The position numbers were made by a program, and so were the translations under genes. Source: an uncultured Candidatus Rokubacteria bacterium (GTDB lineage: Bacteria; Methylomirabilota; Methylomirabilia; Rokubacteriales; CSP1-6). Taken from it: 64,000 nt of DNA. The notes under the pieces were generated by a model. It made no database searches. It saw only the letters and a list, made by a program, of their open reading frames with translations, and had not been told where the DNA came from. Positions 49,525-59,690 of this stretch are shown piece after piece; positions within the stretch are counted from its first letter, which is position 1; each line of letters opens with the position of its first letter. The stretch lies in assembly GCA_963754315.1 (NCBI GenBank), contig CAVWFS010000019.1:512001-576000 (forward strand), in the 5' to 3' direction.

Positions 49525-50584
49525 TCACGCATCCAGCATCCCGTCTGGCGGGCTGCGCACGCCGGACGGGCCACGGTTCAGGACGTGCGTGTAGATCTGC
49601 GTCGTCGACACGTCGCGGTGACCTAGGAGTTCCTGGACGGTCCGGATGTCGCGGCCTTCCTCCAGCAAGTGCGTGGCGAACGAGTGGCGCAGCGCGCGGG
49701 GCCCGGCCCGCTTGGCAATCCCGGCGCGCCATACCGCCTGCTTCACGGCGCGCTGCAAGACCGACTCGTGCAGGTGATGGCGGCGATGCTCGCCCGTGAG
49801 CCGGTCGACATACGTTCGCGTCGCTGGGAAGACCCACTGCCACACCCCACTCCCGGCCCGTGTTCGGGTACTTGCGGGCGAGTGCCGTTGGCAGTTCCAC
49901 CCAGCCGGCACCGGCCTCGAGATCGCAGCGATGTTGCTCGTGGACGCGCTCTAGGTGCCGGGCGAGGTTCGGCTTCACTACGGCCGGCAGCATCGTCATG
50001 CGGTCCTTGTCGCCCTTGCCGCTCCGCACGACGATCTGGTTCGTCCCGAAATCCACGTCCTGGACGCGGAGGCGGCAGCACTCGAGGAGCCTGAGCCCGG
50101 CCCCATAGAGAAGAAACGCCATGACTCGCGGCGTGCCTTCGAGCCGGCGCAGCACGGCCCGCACTTCGTCCCGGGTCAGGACGACGGGCAAGCGCTGCGG
50201 GCGCTTAGCGCGGACGATCTCGTTCATCCACGGGAGATCGACTTCCAGGACCTTCCCGTACAGGAAGAGCAGGGCGCTCAACGCTTGGTTCTGCGTGGAC
50301 GCGGCGACCTTCCGGTCGACTGCGAGGGAGCTCAGGAAGCGCGTGACTTCGGGCGCCCCCATGTCGGCGGGGTGGCGCTTGTCGTGGAAGAAGATGTAGC
50401 GGCGGATCCACGCGACGTAGGCCTTCTCGGTGCGGCGGCTGTAATGCCTGGCGCGGATGGCTGCGCGGACGCGGTCGAGGAGTCGTGGCTTGGGCGCGCC
50501 GGTCGTCTCAGCCTCGCGGACACCTGCTTGCGTGCCCGGAACCGATCGATAAGCAACCGAAAGCGATGCACCCATTGTTGCCAC
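49525..50584 (-). CDS. intI: Integron integrase, frameshift near 49850
   Basis: HYS.RTE..Y, ASTQNQA, YG.GLR, GKG.KDR, integron-specific patch LP.AL.RKYP...[24 protein letters not shown]. Confidence 0.92.
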
Positions 50585-50627
50585 GGCCGGAGCATACGTC
50601 GTCGTGCGTCGTCACGGCAAGCGTACG

Positions 50628-52045
50628 TATCGCGCCATCTAAGATGTTACCGAGCGAAGGAGGACGCGCCATTAGAGATGTAACCCTCAGCGGCCCAGGG
50701 GCCGGAGGAGGGGTACATGATGAGCGCTCCCGCGAAGTGGGAGTACCTGAAGGCGATCCACGCCCGCTACCGGCAAGCCACGCGGGAGGAGAAAGGACGG
50801 ATCCTCGATGAGTTCTGCGCGAGCACGGAGTACCACCGCAAGTACGCCCTGCGCCTGCTCAACGGGCCGCCCCCCGGCCCGGCGCGGCCGCGGCGCCGCC
50901 GACGGCCGACCACGTACAGCGCCGCGACCATCCACGCGTTGACCACGATCTGGGAAGCGGCCGGGTATCCCTGGTCGGTGCGGTTGAAGGCCCTGCTGCC
51001 GGTGTGGTTGCCCTGGGCCCGGCGGCGGTTCCATCTCTCGGCCAGTGTGTGCCAGCAGCTGCAGGGCATCAGCGCCCGGCAAATTGATCGGCGGCTGGCG
51101 GCCGCCAAGCGGCAGTTACGCACCCGGCGCTACGGCCGGACGAAGCCCGGCTCCCTCCTCAAACACCACATCCCCCTCAAGACCGATCACGGGGCCGTCA
51201 CGGAGCCCGGCTTCGCCGAACTCGATCTCGTGGCCCACGCCGGCGGCCGGGCCGACGGCGAGTGCGCTCATTCGCTGAACGTGACGGACATCCACACCAC
51301 GTGGGTGGAAACCCGCGCGGTGCTGGGGCGGGGCGAGCGGCGGGTGCAGGAGGCGTTGGAGGACATCCGGCAGACGCTGCCGTTTCGGCTGCGCGGCATC
51401 GACTCCGACAACGGCTCGGAGTTCATCAACGACCATCTGTACCGCTACTGCCAGGCGCAGGAGATCCAGTTCACGCGGGGCCGGCCCTACAAGAAGGACG
51501 ACAACGCGCACATCGAGCAGAAGAACTGGACGCACGTGCGCAAGCTCGTGGGCTATCACCGCTATGACACGCCCGCCGCCGTCGCGGCCCTCAACGCCCT
51601 CTACCGCCACGAGCTCCGGCTCTTCCAAAACCTGTTCCTGCCCTCGGTCAAGCTGCTCAGCAAGCAGCGCGTCGGGGCGCGGCAGCGCCGGTGCTACGAC
51701 GCCCCGCGGACGCCGCTGGAGCGGGTGCAGGCCTCGGCGACGGCGGATCCGGCCGCGGTGGCCCAGCTCGTCACGCTGCGCGATCGCCTCGACCCCTTCA
51801 CCCTGGCGGCGATCATCGACCGCAAGCTCGAGCACCTCGTGAGGCTGGCCACGAGCCCCCGGCGCCCTCCCACGCCCCCCGCTGCCTCCGCGCCATTACC
51901 GCGCCGCCAGCCGGGACGACCGCCCCACCTCAAGGACTTCACCTTCGGCAATCACCTACGCCGGCCCCTGCCACGGCCTTCGCGGGTAACGTCTTAGATG
52001 GCTCGACGATGTCCCCCTTCGGTAACTTTCTTAAATGGCTTGACA
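50628..52045 (+). mobile_element. Insertion sequence with DDE (rve) transposase and doubled subterminal repeats
   Basis: Two GCCAT(C/T)TAAGA-GTTACC-like motifs at each end in inverted orientation; right end ...TGACA. Confidence 0.8.
50717..51997 (+). CDS. DDE-type transposase (rve; IS481/ISNCY-like)
   Basis: KGRILDEFC....HRK, ELDLVAH, DSDNGSEF, RPYKKDDNAH.EQKN. Confidence 0.88.
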   Translation: MMSAPAKWEYLKAIHARYRQATREEKGRILDEFCASTEYHRKYALRLLNGPPPGPARPRRRRRPTTYSAATIHALTTIWEAAGYPWSVRLKALLPVWLPWARRRFHLSASVCQQLQGISARQIDRRLAAAKRQLRTRRYGRTKPGSLLKHHIPLKTDHGAVTEPGFAELDLVAHAGGRADGECAHSLNVTDIHTTWVETRAVLGRGERRVQEALEDIRQTLPFRLRGIDSDNGSEFINDHLYRYCQAQEIQFTRGRPYKKDDNAHIEQKNWTHVRKLVGYHRYDTPAAVAALNALYRHELRLFQNLFLPSVKLLSKQRVGARQRRCYDAPRTPLERVQASATADPAAVAQLVTLRDRLDPFTLAAIIDRKLEHLVRLATSPRRPPTPPAASAPLPRRQPGRPPHLKDFTFGNHLRRPLPRPSRVTS

Positions 52046-52129
52046 GGGCGTATCGGAATGGTGCCGGTGCCTTCACTCAGTGCGGCAACCGCCTCGAGGG
52101 TGCGTTAGCGAAGGGGCACGCTGTGGGTA

Positions 52130-52517
52130 CTAAAGGACGGCTATCGCCTCGATCTCCACGAGGAAGTGGGGCTCGGCCAGGCCCTGCACGACGACCAGGG
52201 TGTTGGCCGGATAGGGCGGCGCCGGGAACACCTCATCCCGCGCCACCGCTACCAACGGGCGATACGCCCAGTGCGTGATGTACGTCGTCGTCTTCACGAT
52301 GATGCCGGAGCTCCCCTCCGAAGTGCGCGAGGATCGCCGCCAGGTTGTCGTAGCACTGCCGTGCCTGGGCTCGGGGGTCGCCAGCTCCGACGAGGGTTCC
52401 CGACCGGTCCATGGCGAGCTGTCCCGCAATGTAGAGCGTGTTACCGACCCGCCCGACATGAGAGTAATGGGCCTGCGGGGGGTGAACACCGGACGGGTTC
52501 AGCAGTTCACGTTCCAT
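52130..52517 (-). CDS. RidA/YjgF family protein, frameshift near 52315
   Basis: YSHV...GNTLYIAGQ, IVKTT.Y, YPANTLV.V.GLA.P.FLVEIEA.AV. Confidence 0.8.
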
Positions 52518-53892
52518 GGGAGGTCGCCACGTCTCTGGTGGCGAGCAGGTCGTCCAGCTCGCGATAGTCGGGCACCCGCCGCTCGATGGGGCGACCATTC
52601 CGGACCACGATGCGGTTCGCCTGTGGGCGAGACAGCAGCTCGCTCCACGTCCGCCCCTCGAAGAGCACGAGATCCGCCGGCTGCCCCGGTCCGATGCGGC
52701 CGCCGGCGGCAATCCCCATGACGTCGGCGGGTGTCGTCGTCACGGCTCGGGGCCAGTTCCCGTACGGCCGGTCGAGGTGGCAGACGCGGGCGGCCTCTCG
52801 GAACACCTCGAGCATGTCGTGGTCGCCGAAGCCGTGGAAGGCATCACGACAGTTGTCGCTCGCCACCGCGACGGGCACGCCGCGCGTGGCGAGCTCGTGC
52901 AGGAGCGTCACCCCACGCCAGCGGGGCGTTCGCCCGGGCACCCGATCTTGCAGATAAAGATTGCACATCGGGAGGCTGACGACGCTGATGCCGGCTTCCA
53001 CGACGAGGTCGAGCGTCTCGGCGACGACCTCAGGCGGCTGCACGGCCAGGCTGCAGCAGTGGCCGCAGAGGACCCGACCCCGGAAGCGGCGCCGCAGCAC
53101 CGCCCGCGCCAGGTGGGGCAGCGACCGAGCGCCGACGTCGCCGCTCTCGTCGCAGTGCAGGTCCACGTCGAGCCCACGCTCAGCCGCGAGGTCGAGGAGA
53201 CGATCGAGCAACGAATCGATCTCCGGAGTCATGTAGGTGACTGCGCCGAGGATCCCGCCCGCAGCGGCGACCCGGTCCGCCAGCTCACGGCCTTCCGCCG
53301 TTCCGAAGACCAGGAGCGGGACCAGCGACACCGCCTGCAGCTCGATGCGTCCGGCCCACTCCTTGCGGAGTCCCTCGAAGACAGGCCAGGAGATCCCAGC
53401 CTGAGCGCCCATGGAATCGAGGTGGGTACGGATCGCCTTCGTGCCGTGGGCCCAGCTACACCGCAGCCCGAAGTCCATGCGCCGGCGAACATCCTCGGCC
53501 GTCCAGTGGGCCGAGCGGTCGGCGGCGACGGTGCGCAGCGCCCCGTCGAACGTGCCGTCGGGGTTGGGGGCGCGCTCCCAGGTGTGGCCCTTGTCGAGGT
53601 GGGTATGAAGGTCGATCAGGCACGGCCAGACCTGGCCGCCCCGGAGGTCAACGCTCATGGCCGCGCGCTGGGGAACGGCGGATGGTTCGTGCCCGATGGT
53701 TCCGTCGACTCCCGACTCGCCCGTCGTGACCGCGGCGATCCGTGCATCCCGGATCTCGAGGTCCACGATGGCCAACCCGTCCGAAGAGACCGGTGTGCCC
53801 CGCGGCAGCTCGGTCAGGAGCGCCGCGGGGACGCTCGCGTTGCGCAGCCAGTACTGGTTCCGGTCGGGAACGGTCACGAAGCTCGTCGTCAC
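52507..53892 (-). CDS. Cytosine deaminase-like amidohydrolase
   Basis: DLHTHLDK, IRTH, DLHCDE, GHCCSL, SDN.RD. Confidence 0.88.
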   Translation of the reverse strand: MTTSFVTVPDRNQYWLRNASVPAALLTELPRGTPVSSDGLAIVDLEIRDARIAAVTTGESGVDGTIGHEPSAVPQRAAMSVDLRGGQVWPCLIDLHTHLDKGHTWERAPNPDGTFDGALRTVAADRSAHWTAEDVRRRMDFGLRCSWAHGTKAIRTHLDSMGAQAGISWPVFEGLRKEWAGRIELQAVSLVPLLVFGTAEGRELADRVAAAGGILGAVTYMTPEIDSLLDRLLDLAAERGLDVDLHCDESGDVGARSLPHLARAVLRRRFRGRVLCGHCCSLAVQPPEVVAETLDLVVEAGISVVSLPMCNLYLQDRVPGRTPRWRGVTLLHELATRGVPVAVASDNCRDAFHGFGDHDMLEVFREAARVCHLDRPYGNWPRAVTTTPADVMGIAAGGRIGPGQPADLVLFEGRTWSELLSRPQANRIVVRNGRPIERRVPDYRELDDLLATRDVATSHGT

Positions 53893-53893
53893 C

Positions 53894-54773
53894 TCATCCC
53901 TCGCGTTCGACCGCGCTCTCGTGCCACTTCCGGAGAACCAGGTGCGACAGGGCGGTCAGGGCCAGGAAGATCAGGATGCCCGTACACGTGATCATCAGCA
54001 GGGCCGCGAACATCCGGGGAATCTGCATCGTGTACCCGGACTCGAGAATGCGGTAGGCGAGTCCCGACTGCGAGCCGCCGGTGCCGGCCACGAACTCCGC
54101 CACCACCGCCCCGATGAGCGCCAACCCGCCGCTGATACGGAGCCCGCCCAGGAAGTACGGCATGGCGCTCGGCATCCGTAGGTACCAGAACACCTGGCGG
54201 CGGGAGGCACCATAGAGCTGGAACAGGTTCAGCAGATTGTGGTCGGCGCTGTTGAGGCCGAGCGTGGTGTTGGATACGATCGGGAAGAACGCGACGATCC
54301 ACGCGCAGATCAGGAGCGCCAGCGGGATGTTCTTGACCCAGATGATGATGAGGGGCGCGATGGCCACCACTGGCGTCACCTGGAGGATCACCGCGTACGG
54401 GAACAGGCTCAGCTCGATGAGTTTGGACTGGGTGAAGAGGATCGCGATCAACACCCCGGCCACCGTGGCCACCAGCAGCGCCGCCCCCGTGATGGCCAGG
54501 GTCACCAGCAGCGACGGGTAGAGCGTCGCCCCAGTCCCGGACGAGCGTCTGGATGACGAGCAGCGGCCCGGGCAGGATGTAGTAGGGGATCTGGTTCACC
54601 CGGATGACGATCTCCCAGAGCGGCGAGACCGGCGACGCCGATGGCCACCGGCGGCAGCGCTCGGCGCACGAGACGCGCCGACGTCGAGCCCGCGCGGGCG
54701 GCCGGCCTCCGAAAGCGTCCGCTGTTCGCTCGACGTCGCTCGCCCGGGATTCGACCGAGGGCACGGAGGACAT
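53894..54773 (-). CDS. NitT/TauT-family ABC permease, frameshifted in the 5' part
   Basis: LQVTP.VAIAPL, FFPI..NT..GL, GA.R, GAVVAEF. Confidence 0.8.
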
Positions 54774-54791
54774 AGCCGGTCAGGCGGCCGC

Positions 54792-55550
54792 TCATGCGTG
54801 AATGGCCGCGGCCAGGCGGGCCGAGACGTCCCGGCAGTACTCGTTGTAGAGCGGCGACGTTCGGAACGCCTCGTCGCGGGGCGCGGGCGCCTCGATGGTG
54901 ACCTCGCTCGCCGTCCGGCCCGGCCGCGCAGTCATCACGGCAATCCGCGTCGACAGGTAGACGGACTCGTACACGCTGTGGGTCACGAATACAACGGTCC
55001 AGCGCTGACGAGCCCACAGGGTCAGCAGGTCGTTGTCGAGCCGGAAGCGCGTGATCTCGTCGAGCGACGCGAACGGCTCGTCCATCAGAAGCAGCCTCGG
55101 GTGCGTCACCAGCGCGCGGGCGATCGACACGCGCATCTTCATGCCGCCCGACAGCTCCCGCGGATAGGCGCTTTCGAAGCCGTCGAGCCCTACCATCCCG
55201 ATGGCCTCGCGCACGCGGGCGGCAGCCTCGTCGGGATCGACGTCGCGCAGTTTCAGCGGGAGAAGGACGTTCTTGAACACGGTCGCCCACGGCATGAGGG
55301 TTGGCTCCTGAAACACGAAGCCGATATCGCCCCGCGGTAAGCCGCCGCGGCCGTTCCCACCCGGCCATTCGATGTGTCCGCCGGAGACGTCGCCGAGGCC
55401 GGCCACCAGACGGAGCACCGTGCTCTTCCCACAGCCGGAAGGGCCGAGCAGGCTCAGGAACTCTCCCTCACCGACGTCAAGGTCCAGCTTCCGGAGCGCG
55501 ACCACGCCGTTGGAGTAGACCTTGTCGACGTTTTGCAGCCGGACGATCAC
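54792..55550 (-). CDS. NitT/TauT-family ABC ATP-binding protein
   Basis: GPSGCGKS, LSGGMKMR, MDEPF, VTH. Confidence 0.9.
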   Translation of the reverse strand: MIVRLQNVDKVYSNGVVALRKLDLDVGEGEFLSLLGPSGCGKSTVLRLVAGLGDVSGGHIEWPGGNGRGGLPRGDIGFVFQEPTLMPWATVFKNVLLPLKLRDVDPDEAAARVREAIGMVGLDGFESAYPRELSGGMKMRVSIARALVTHPRLLLMDEPFASLDEITRFRLDNDLLTLWARQRWTVVFVTHSVYESVYLSTRIAVMTARPGRTASEVTIEAPAPRDEAFRTSPLYNEYCRDVSARLAAAIHA

Positions 55551-56599
55551 GACTTGCCGGTCTTCAGCTGCATCCCATGCTTCTTGTTGATGAACTGCAG
55601 TGTGTACGCGCGCTTCAGATCGAGGTCGGCCGTGTAGAGGCCAGCCTCCACCATCACTGAGTGGAAGTCCTTCCAGCGCGCGTCGACCATGGCCCCGATG
55701 CCGAGCGTCTCGGCGTCCCCGGAGTCCACGAGCCCGTACTTCTTCATGGTCGCCCGGCTATGGGCGATCTGATCGTCGGCCATCTCCGGGTTGTCCTGCT
55801 TGATGAGCGCGTTGGCCGGCCCTGGATCGCCATAGAGGTAGCTGTACCAGCCCTCGATGGTCCCGTTCACGAAGCGCTGTACGACGTCGGGTTTCTCGTT
55901 GACGAGCTTCCAGGACGTCTCGATCGTGGTCGCGTAGCTCGAGTAGCCGCCGTCGGCCAGCAGGAGAACGACGATCTTGGCGCCGGCCTTCTCGATCTTG
56001 TATGGCTCGCTCGTCACGAACCCCTGCTGGATGGCCGACTTGTCGGCCAAGAAAGGAGCCATGTTGAACGTGTATGTCCGGATCTGGTCGTCGGTGTAGC
56101 CATACTTGACCCGGAGGAACTGCCAGTAGCCGGCGCGCGCCACCGGCGAGATCATGATCGGCTTGCCCTTCAGGGCCGTCAGCGAGTCGTTGCCCTGACC
56201 GGCGTGGGTGATGAGCACCTGCGGATCCTTCTGGAAGACGGTGCCTACACATACCATGGGGATGTTGTTCTTGACGTAGTTCAGGGCGCTGAAGCAGTTG
56301 CTGCCCATGTTGAAGTCGATCGCCCCCGCCGCCAGGAGCTGCGGGTGGTTGATCTGCGGCCCGCCCATCCGGATCGTCACGTCGAGGCCGGCCTTCTTGT
56401 AGATGCCGGTGGCCACGGCCTGGTAGTAGCCGCCGTGCTCGGCCTGCGCCTTCCAGTTGGTACCGAACGTGAGCTTCTCGAGCTTCTGGGCGCGGGCTGG
56501 TGCTGCACCCCAGGGACCGAGCGCACTCGCCGCCGCCAGCGCCGACGTCGCGACGAACGATCGGCGGGTCACCCTCGAAGCGGTAGCGGATCTCATCAT
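55547..56599 (-). CDS. NMT1/THI5-like ABC substrate-binding protein with Tat signal
   Basis: TRRSF twin-arginine, NW..QAEHGG.YQA...G.Y...GLDV. Confidence 0.88.
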   Translation of the reverse strand: MMRSATASRVTRRSFVATSALAAASALGPWGAAPARAQKLEKLTFGTNWKAQAEHGGYYQAVATGIYKKAGLDVTIRMGGPQINHPQLLAAGAIDFNMGSNCFSALNYVKNNIPMVCVGTVFQKDPQVLITHAGQGNDSLTALKGKPIMISPVARAGYWQFLRVKYGYTDDQIRTYTFNMAPFLADKSAIQQGFVTSEPYKIEKAGAKIVVLLLADGGYSSYATTIETSWKLVNEKPDVVQRFVNGTIEGWYSYLYGDPGPANALIKQDNPEMADDQIAHSRATMKKYGLVDSGDAETLGIGAMVDARWKDFHSVMVEAGLYTADLDLKRAYTLQFINKKHGMQLKTGKS

Positions 56600-56678
56600 G
56601 CATGGTCAATCTCCCAATGTTCTGGTTCGGAAGCTTCGGGGCCGGCGTCCTTGCCGGCGGACCTCTGACTCGAACGCA

Positions 56679-57533
56679 CTAGACGTCCCTGGCCGCCAGA
56701 CGGATCTCGCGCTTGGGGCTCCGATAGATGGCCTCGAGCAGCTCGGCCAGGCGGGCCGCCTTGGCGGCGCACATCTGCTTGCCCTTCTCGGCTGACGAGC
56801 GATGGGGGTTTCCGATGGCGCCGGTCTTGGAAAGATCGGAGGCAACCCACGCCTCGATGGCGTCGTGACCCTTGAACGAGTAGCCGATGTCCGGCGTGGG
56901 ATCGAAGACGTAGCCTTCGGCGCGGTCCATGTGCACCAGCTCCGGAGTCAGGTGACGGACCATCGAGGTCTCCGAGTCGCCGGAGTGCATGGCGATGGCC
57001 GCTTCCTCGGGCGCGACCAGACCGGGCACCTGGCCGATGCCGCCCAGGAAGATCTTGAAGACTCGCAGGTCGGTCTCCATGCGCAGATCGCGGAAGAAGT
57101 CGTCGAGAGTGCCCACGTTGCCACCGTGGCTGCCTAGTAGCACGAGCTTGGTGAATCCGCTCCGGGCCACCGACGCCGCCAAGTCTCTAAGGACCATGCG
57201 CAGGGTCTCGCCACTGAACGTCAGCGTCCCCGGAAAGGTGATGTGCTCGGTGCTCTTGCCAAAGTTGGTCGGCGGTAGCGCCAATACCATCACGTCGTCC
57301 GGGAGGCGGGCCAGGGCGGACCCGAGCATTTCCATGCCCACAAGCGTATCCGTGATGAGCGGAAGGTGCGGGCCATGCTGCTCGACGGCGCCAACGTTGA
57401 TCACCGCGGTGGCGTTCCGGTCGGCCTTCGCGATCGCGTCGATCTCTTGCCATGTGTAGTAGGCCCAGTAGCGGGCGGGTGGAATTGACCCGTGAAGGCC
57501 GGTCCCGATCCGGTCAGGCAGCTTCTTCAGCAT
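56679..57533 (-). CDS. Creatininase family protein
   Basis: EQHGPHLP..TD, EH..FPGT, HGGN, H.G..ETS. Confidence 0.9.
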   Translation of the reverse strand: MLKKLPDRIGTGLHGSIPPARYWAYYTWQEIDAIAKADRNATAVINVGAVEQHGPHLPLITDTLVGMEMLGSALARLPDDVMVLALPPTNFGKSTEHITFPGTLTFSGETLRMVLRDLAASVARSGFTKLVLLGSHGGNVGTLDDFFRDLRMETDLRVFKIFLGGIGQVPGLVAPEEAAIAMHSGDSETSMVRHLTPELVHMDRAEGYVFDPTPDIGYSFKGHDAIEAWVASDLSKTGAIGNPHRSSAEKGKQMCAAKAARLAELLEAIYRSPKREIRLAARDV

Positions 57534-57549
57534 GTTCGCCTCCCGAAGG

Positions 57550-58719
57550 TCACACGCCTGCCGCGACGGGCTGATGCGTCGGGACGCGCGCGGCCAAGCT
57601 GGGCCGCACCTCGGCCCAGAAGCGCTCCAGCTGCTCGAGGGTCTCGGCGCGCCTCATCCCTGGCAAGTGCGGAAAGATCACGAGGGCCTCATAGCCGAGC
57701 GCATCGTGCATCTCGACCAGGGTGTCGCGCACCTGCTCGGGGGTGCCGACGATCCAGGACTTGCCGGCCATACGCTCCTCGAGCGAAAACGGAGGACGGC
57801 TGGCGAGCACCGGGTTCCGGCGGACGATGTTTGGCCAGAGCAGCTTGGTCAGCTCATCGTGCCCACGGCGGGCGGTTCGCATCGCCGCCTCCGCCGAATC
57901 GGCGATGTGCACCTGCACCTGCAGCATGCGGTCCTCACCTGGCCGGAGGGTCGTCCCGTGCGCCTCCTGGACCACCGCACCGTACCGTTGCCACAACGGG
58001 ACCATGCGCTCCCACGGATGGTTGGCGAAGACGCCCACGTGGCGTTGGCGCGCCGCATAGAGGAGCGTCTCCTCGCTGCTGATGGGCTGGTAGACGCGCA
58101 CCGGCGTGTTGATGGGCCGCGGAACGAGCGGAAACTCCGTGACCGGCTCCCCCCGGAAGGTCAGCCCCTCGGGCGGGATGGTGTAGTACTTGCCGCGGTA
58201 GGAGAATCGCTCGTTCCCGGTGGCGGCCTTGAAGATCTCCACCTGTTCCTCGAAGACCTCGCGGTTATGCACATCGTCGGCGTTGCTGTTGTAGCCGACG
58301 TTCACGCCGAACACGTTCGACTCGCGCTCCTCGGTGCCCCGGCCGAGCCCACACAGGAGGCGCCCGCCCGCCAGCACGTCGGCCAGCGCGTAGTCCTCGG
58401 CGAAGTGCACCGGGTGCCACGTGGTCAGCACGTGAATCAGGGCGCCCAGGCGCACACGACGCGTGTGCTGGGCCAGCACAGCGTTCAGCAGGAGCACGTT
58501 CGGGACAACCTCGAACCCGTGATTGTGGAAGTGGTGCTCCGCCGACCACACGGAGTCGTAGCCTAACGAGTCGCAGGCTTTCGTGTAGGCGATGAGATCA
58601 GCGTAGGCACGTCGGTAGTCGTCCTGGCCGTAGTTACGCCGGTGCGCCGGCGGCCCGTCGACGCCGGCGTCTGGCATGTCCACGGTTCCATAGAAGAATG
58701 CGCCGAAGTGCATTTCCAT
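57550..58719 (-). CDS. LLM class flavin-dependent oxidoreductase
   Basis: W.AEHHF, HP...AED.A..D.L.GGRL, VGTPE.V. Confidence 0.88.
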   Translation of the reverse strand: MEMHFGAFFYGTVDMPDAGVDGPPAHRRNYGQDDYRRAYADLIAYTKACDSLGYDSVWSAEHHFHNHGFEVVPNVLLLNAVLAQHTRRVRLGALIHVLTTWHPVHFAEDYALADVLAGGRLLCGLGRGTEERESNVFGVNVGYNSNADDVHNREVFEEQVEIFKAATGNERFSYRGKYYTIPPEGLTFRGEPVTEFPLVPRPINTPVRVYQPISSEETLLYAARQRHVGVFANHPWERMVPLWQRYGAVVQEAHGTTLRPGEDRMLQVQVHIADSAEAAMRTARRGHDELTKLLWPNIVRRNPVLASRPPFSLEERMAGKSWIVGTPEQVRDTLVEMHDALGYEALVIFPHLPGMRRAETLEQLERFWAEVRPSLAARVPTHQPVAAGV

Positions 58720-58830
58720 CTCTCCTGCTCGGGTCGCTGGCGAGTGACGTTGACCCTGCCCACCTTACGGGCAGGCCACCCGTAACCTGCCGTGCTCGGA
58801 GAGATACACCAGGATCGCCGACGAATGCAA

Positions 58831-58858
58831 CACGGCGCCGGGTGCACCCGGCGCCGTG
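58831..58858. terminator. Perfect 28-bp palindrome, probable aqpZ terminator
   Basis: CACGGCGCCGGGTG|CACCCGGCGCCGTG, 35 bp after the aqpZ stop; weak U-tract. Confidence 0.5.
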
Positions 58859-58893
58859 CGGGAGTCGGCTCCGGCCACCCCCTTGAAGTCCGG

Positions 58894-59595
58894 CTAGTCG
58901 TGGTCTCCGCTGAGCCAGCGGTAGACGGCGCCGGCCAGGAGGGCGCCGATCAGAGGAGCGACCCAAAACAGCCAGAGCTGCCCCAGGGCCCATCCACCGA
59001 CGAAAACGGCTGGCCCCGTACTTCGTGCCGGATTCACCGAGGTGTTGGTGACAGGGATGCTGATGAGGTGAATCAACGTCAGCCCGAAGCCGATGGCGAT
59101 GGGCGCGAAGCCGGCCGGAGCGCGCCCGTGGGTAGCGCCGAGAATGATGAACAGGAACATGAAGGTCATCACGACCTCGGTCACCGCGCCGGAGAAGAGC
59201 GAGTACCCGCCGGGAGAGTGAGCGCCATATCCATTGGAGGCCAAGCCGCTGGCCACCACGTCGAATCCGGCCTTTCCGCTAGCGATCAGGTACACGATGC
59301 CGGCCCCGAGGATGCCACCAGCCACCTGGGCGATGATGTACGGCACCAGCTGCGAGGACGGAAATCGGCCGCCCGCCCACAGGCCGACCGAAACCGCCGG
59401 GTTGAGATGACACCCCGAAATATGGCCGACGGCGTAGGCCATGGTGAGAACGGTGAGACCGAAGGCGAAGGCCACCCCAAGCAGCCCGATCCCTACGTTG
59501 GGGAAGGCGGCCGCCAACACGGCGCTCCCGCAACCCCCGAGGACCAGCCAGAACGTCCCGATGAACTCGGCGCCGAGCTTCTGCCCCATGGACAT
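58894..59595 (-). CDS. aqpZ: Aquaporin Z
   Basis: [20 protein letters not shown] and SVNPAR NPA boxes. Confidence 0.93.
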   Translation of the reverse strand: MSMGQKLGAEFIGTFWLVLGGCGSAVLAAAFPNVGIGLLGVAFAFGLTVLTMAYAVGHISGCHLNPAVSVGLWAGGRFPSSQLVPYIIAQVAGGILGAGIVYLIASGKAGFDVVASGLASNGYGAHSPGGYSLFSGAVTEVVMTFMFLFIILGATHGRAPAGFAPIAIGFGLTLIHLISIPVTNTSVNPARSTGPAVFVGGWALGQLWLFWVAPLIGALLAGAVYRWLSGDHD

Positions 59596-59690
59596 GCCCT
59601 GCTCCTCCTGGTGTCACAGAATTGTCTGTGCCTCGAGCATGGCATTGCCAGTCTCGCCAAGACAAGTTGTTAGTCTGCGACGGGGGCTCG

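Larger units (their letters stand above)
35440..50584 (-). mobile_element. Integron: intI with a downstream, co-directional cassette array
   Basis: Integron integrase plus 7 attC sites, all on the minus strand, each 3' of a gene or gene pair. Confidence 0.9.

Noticed and set aside
50634..50690. attI upstream of intI (GTTACCG / GTAACC motifs)
   Set aside because: The same motifs recur inverted at 51985-52039, so they are IS ends; no attC cassettes lie on that side.
23040..54640. Programmed frameshifting or mass pseudogenisation (breaks near 23045, 36930, 38300, 42495, 44250, 49850, 52315, 54525)
   Set aside because: Single indels, several in G/C runs, in unrelated genes; long-read error is more parsimonious. 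Needs polishing to decide.
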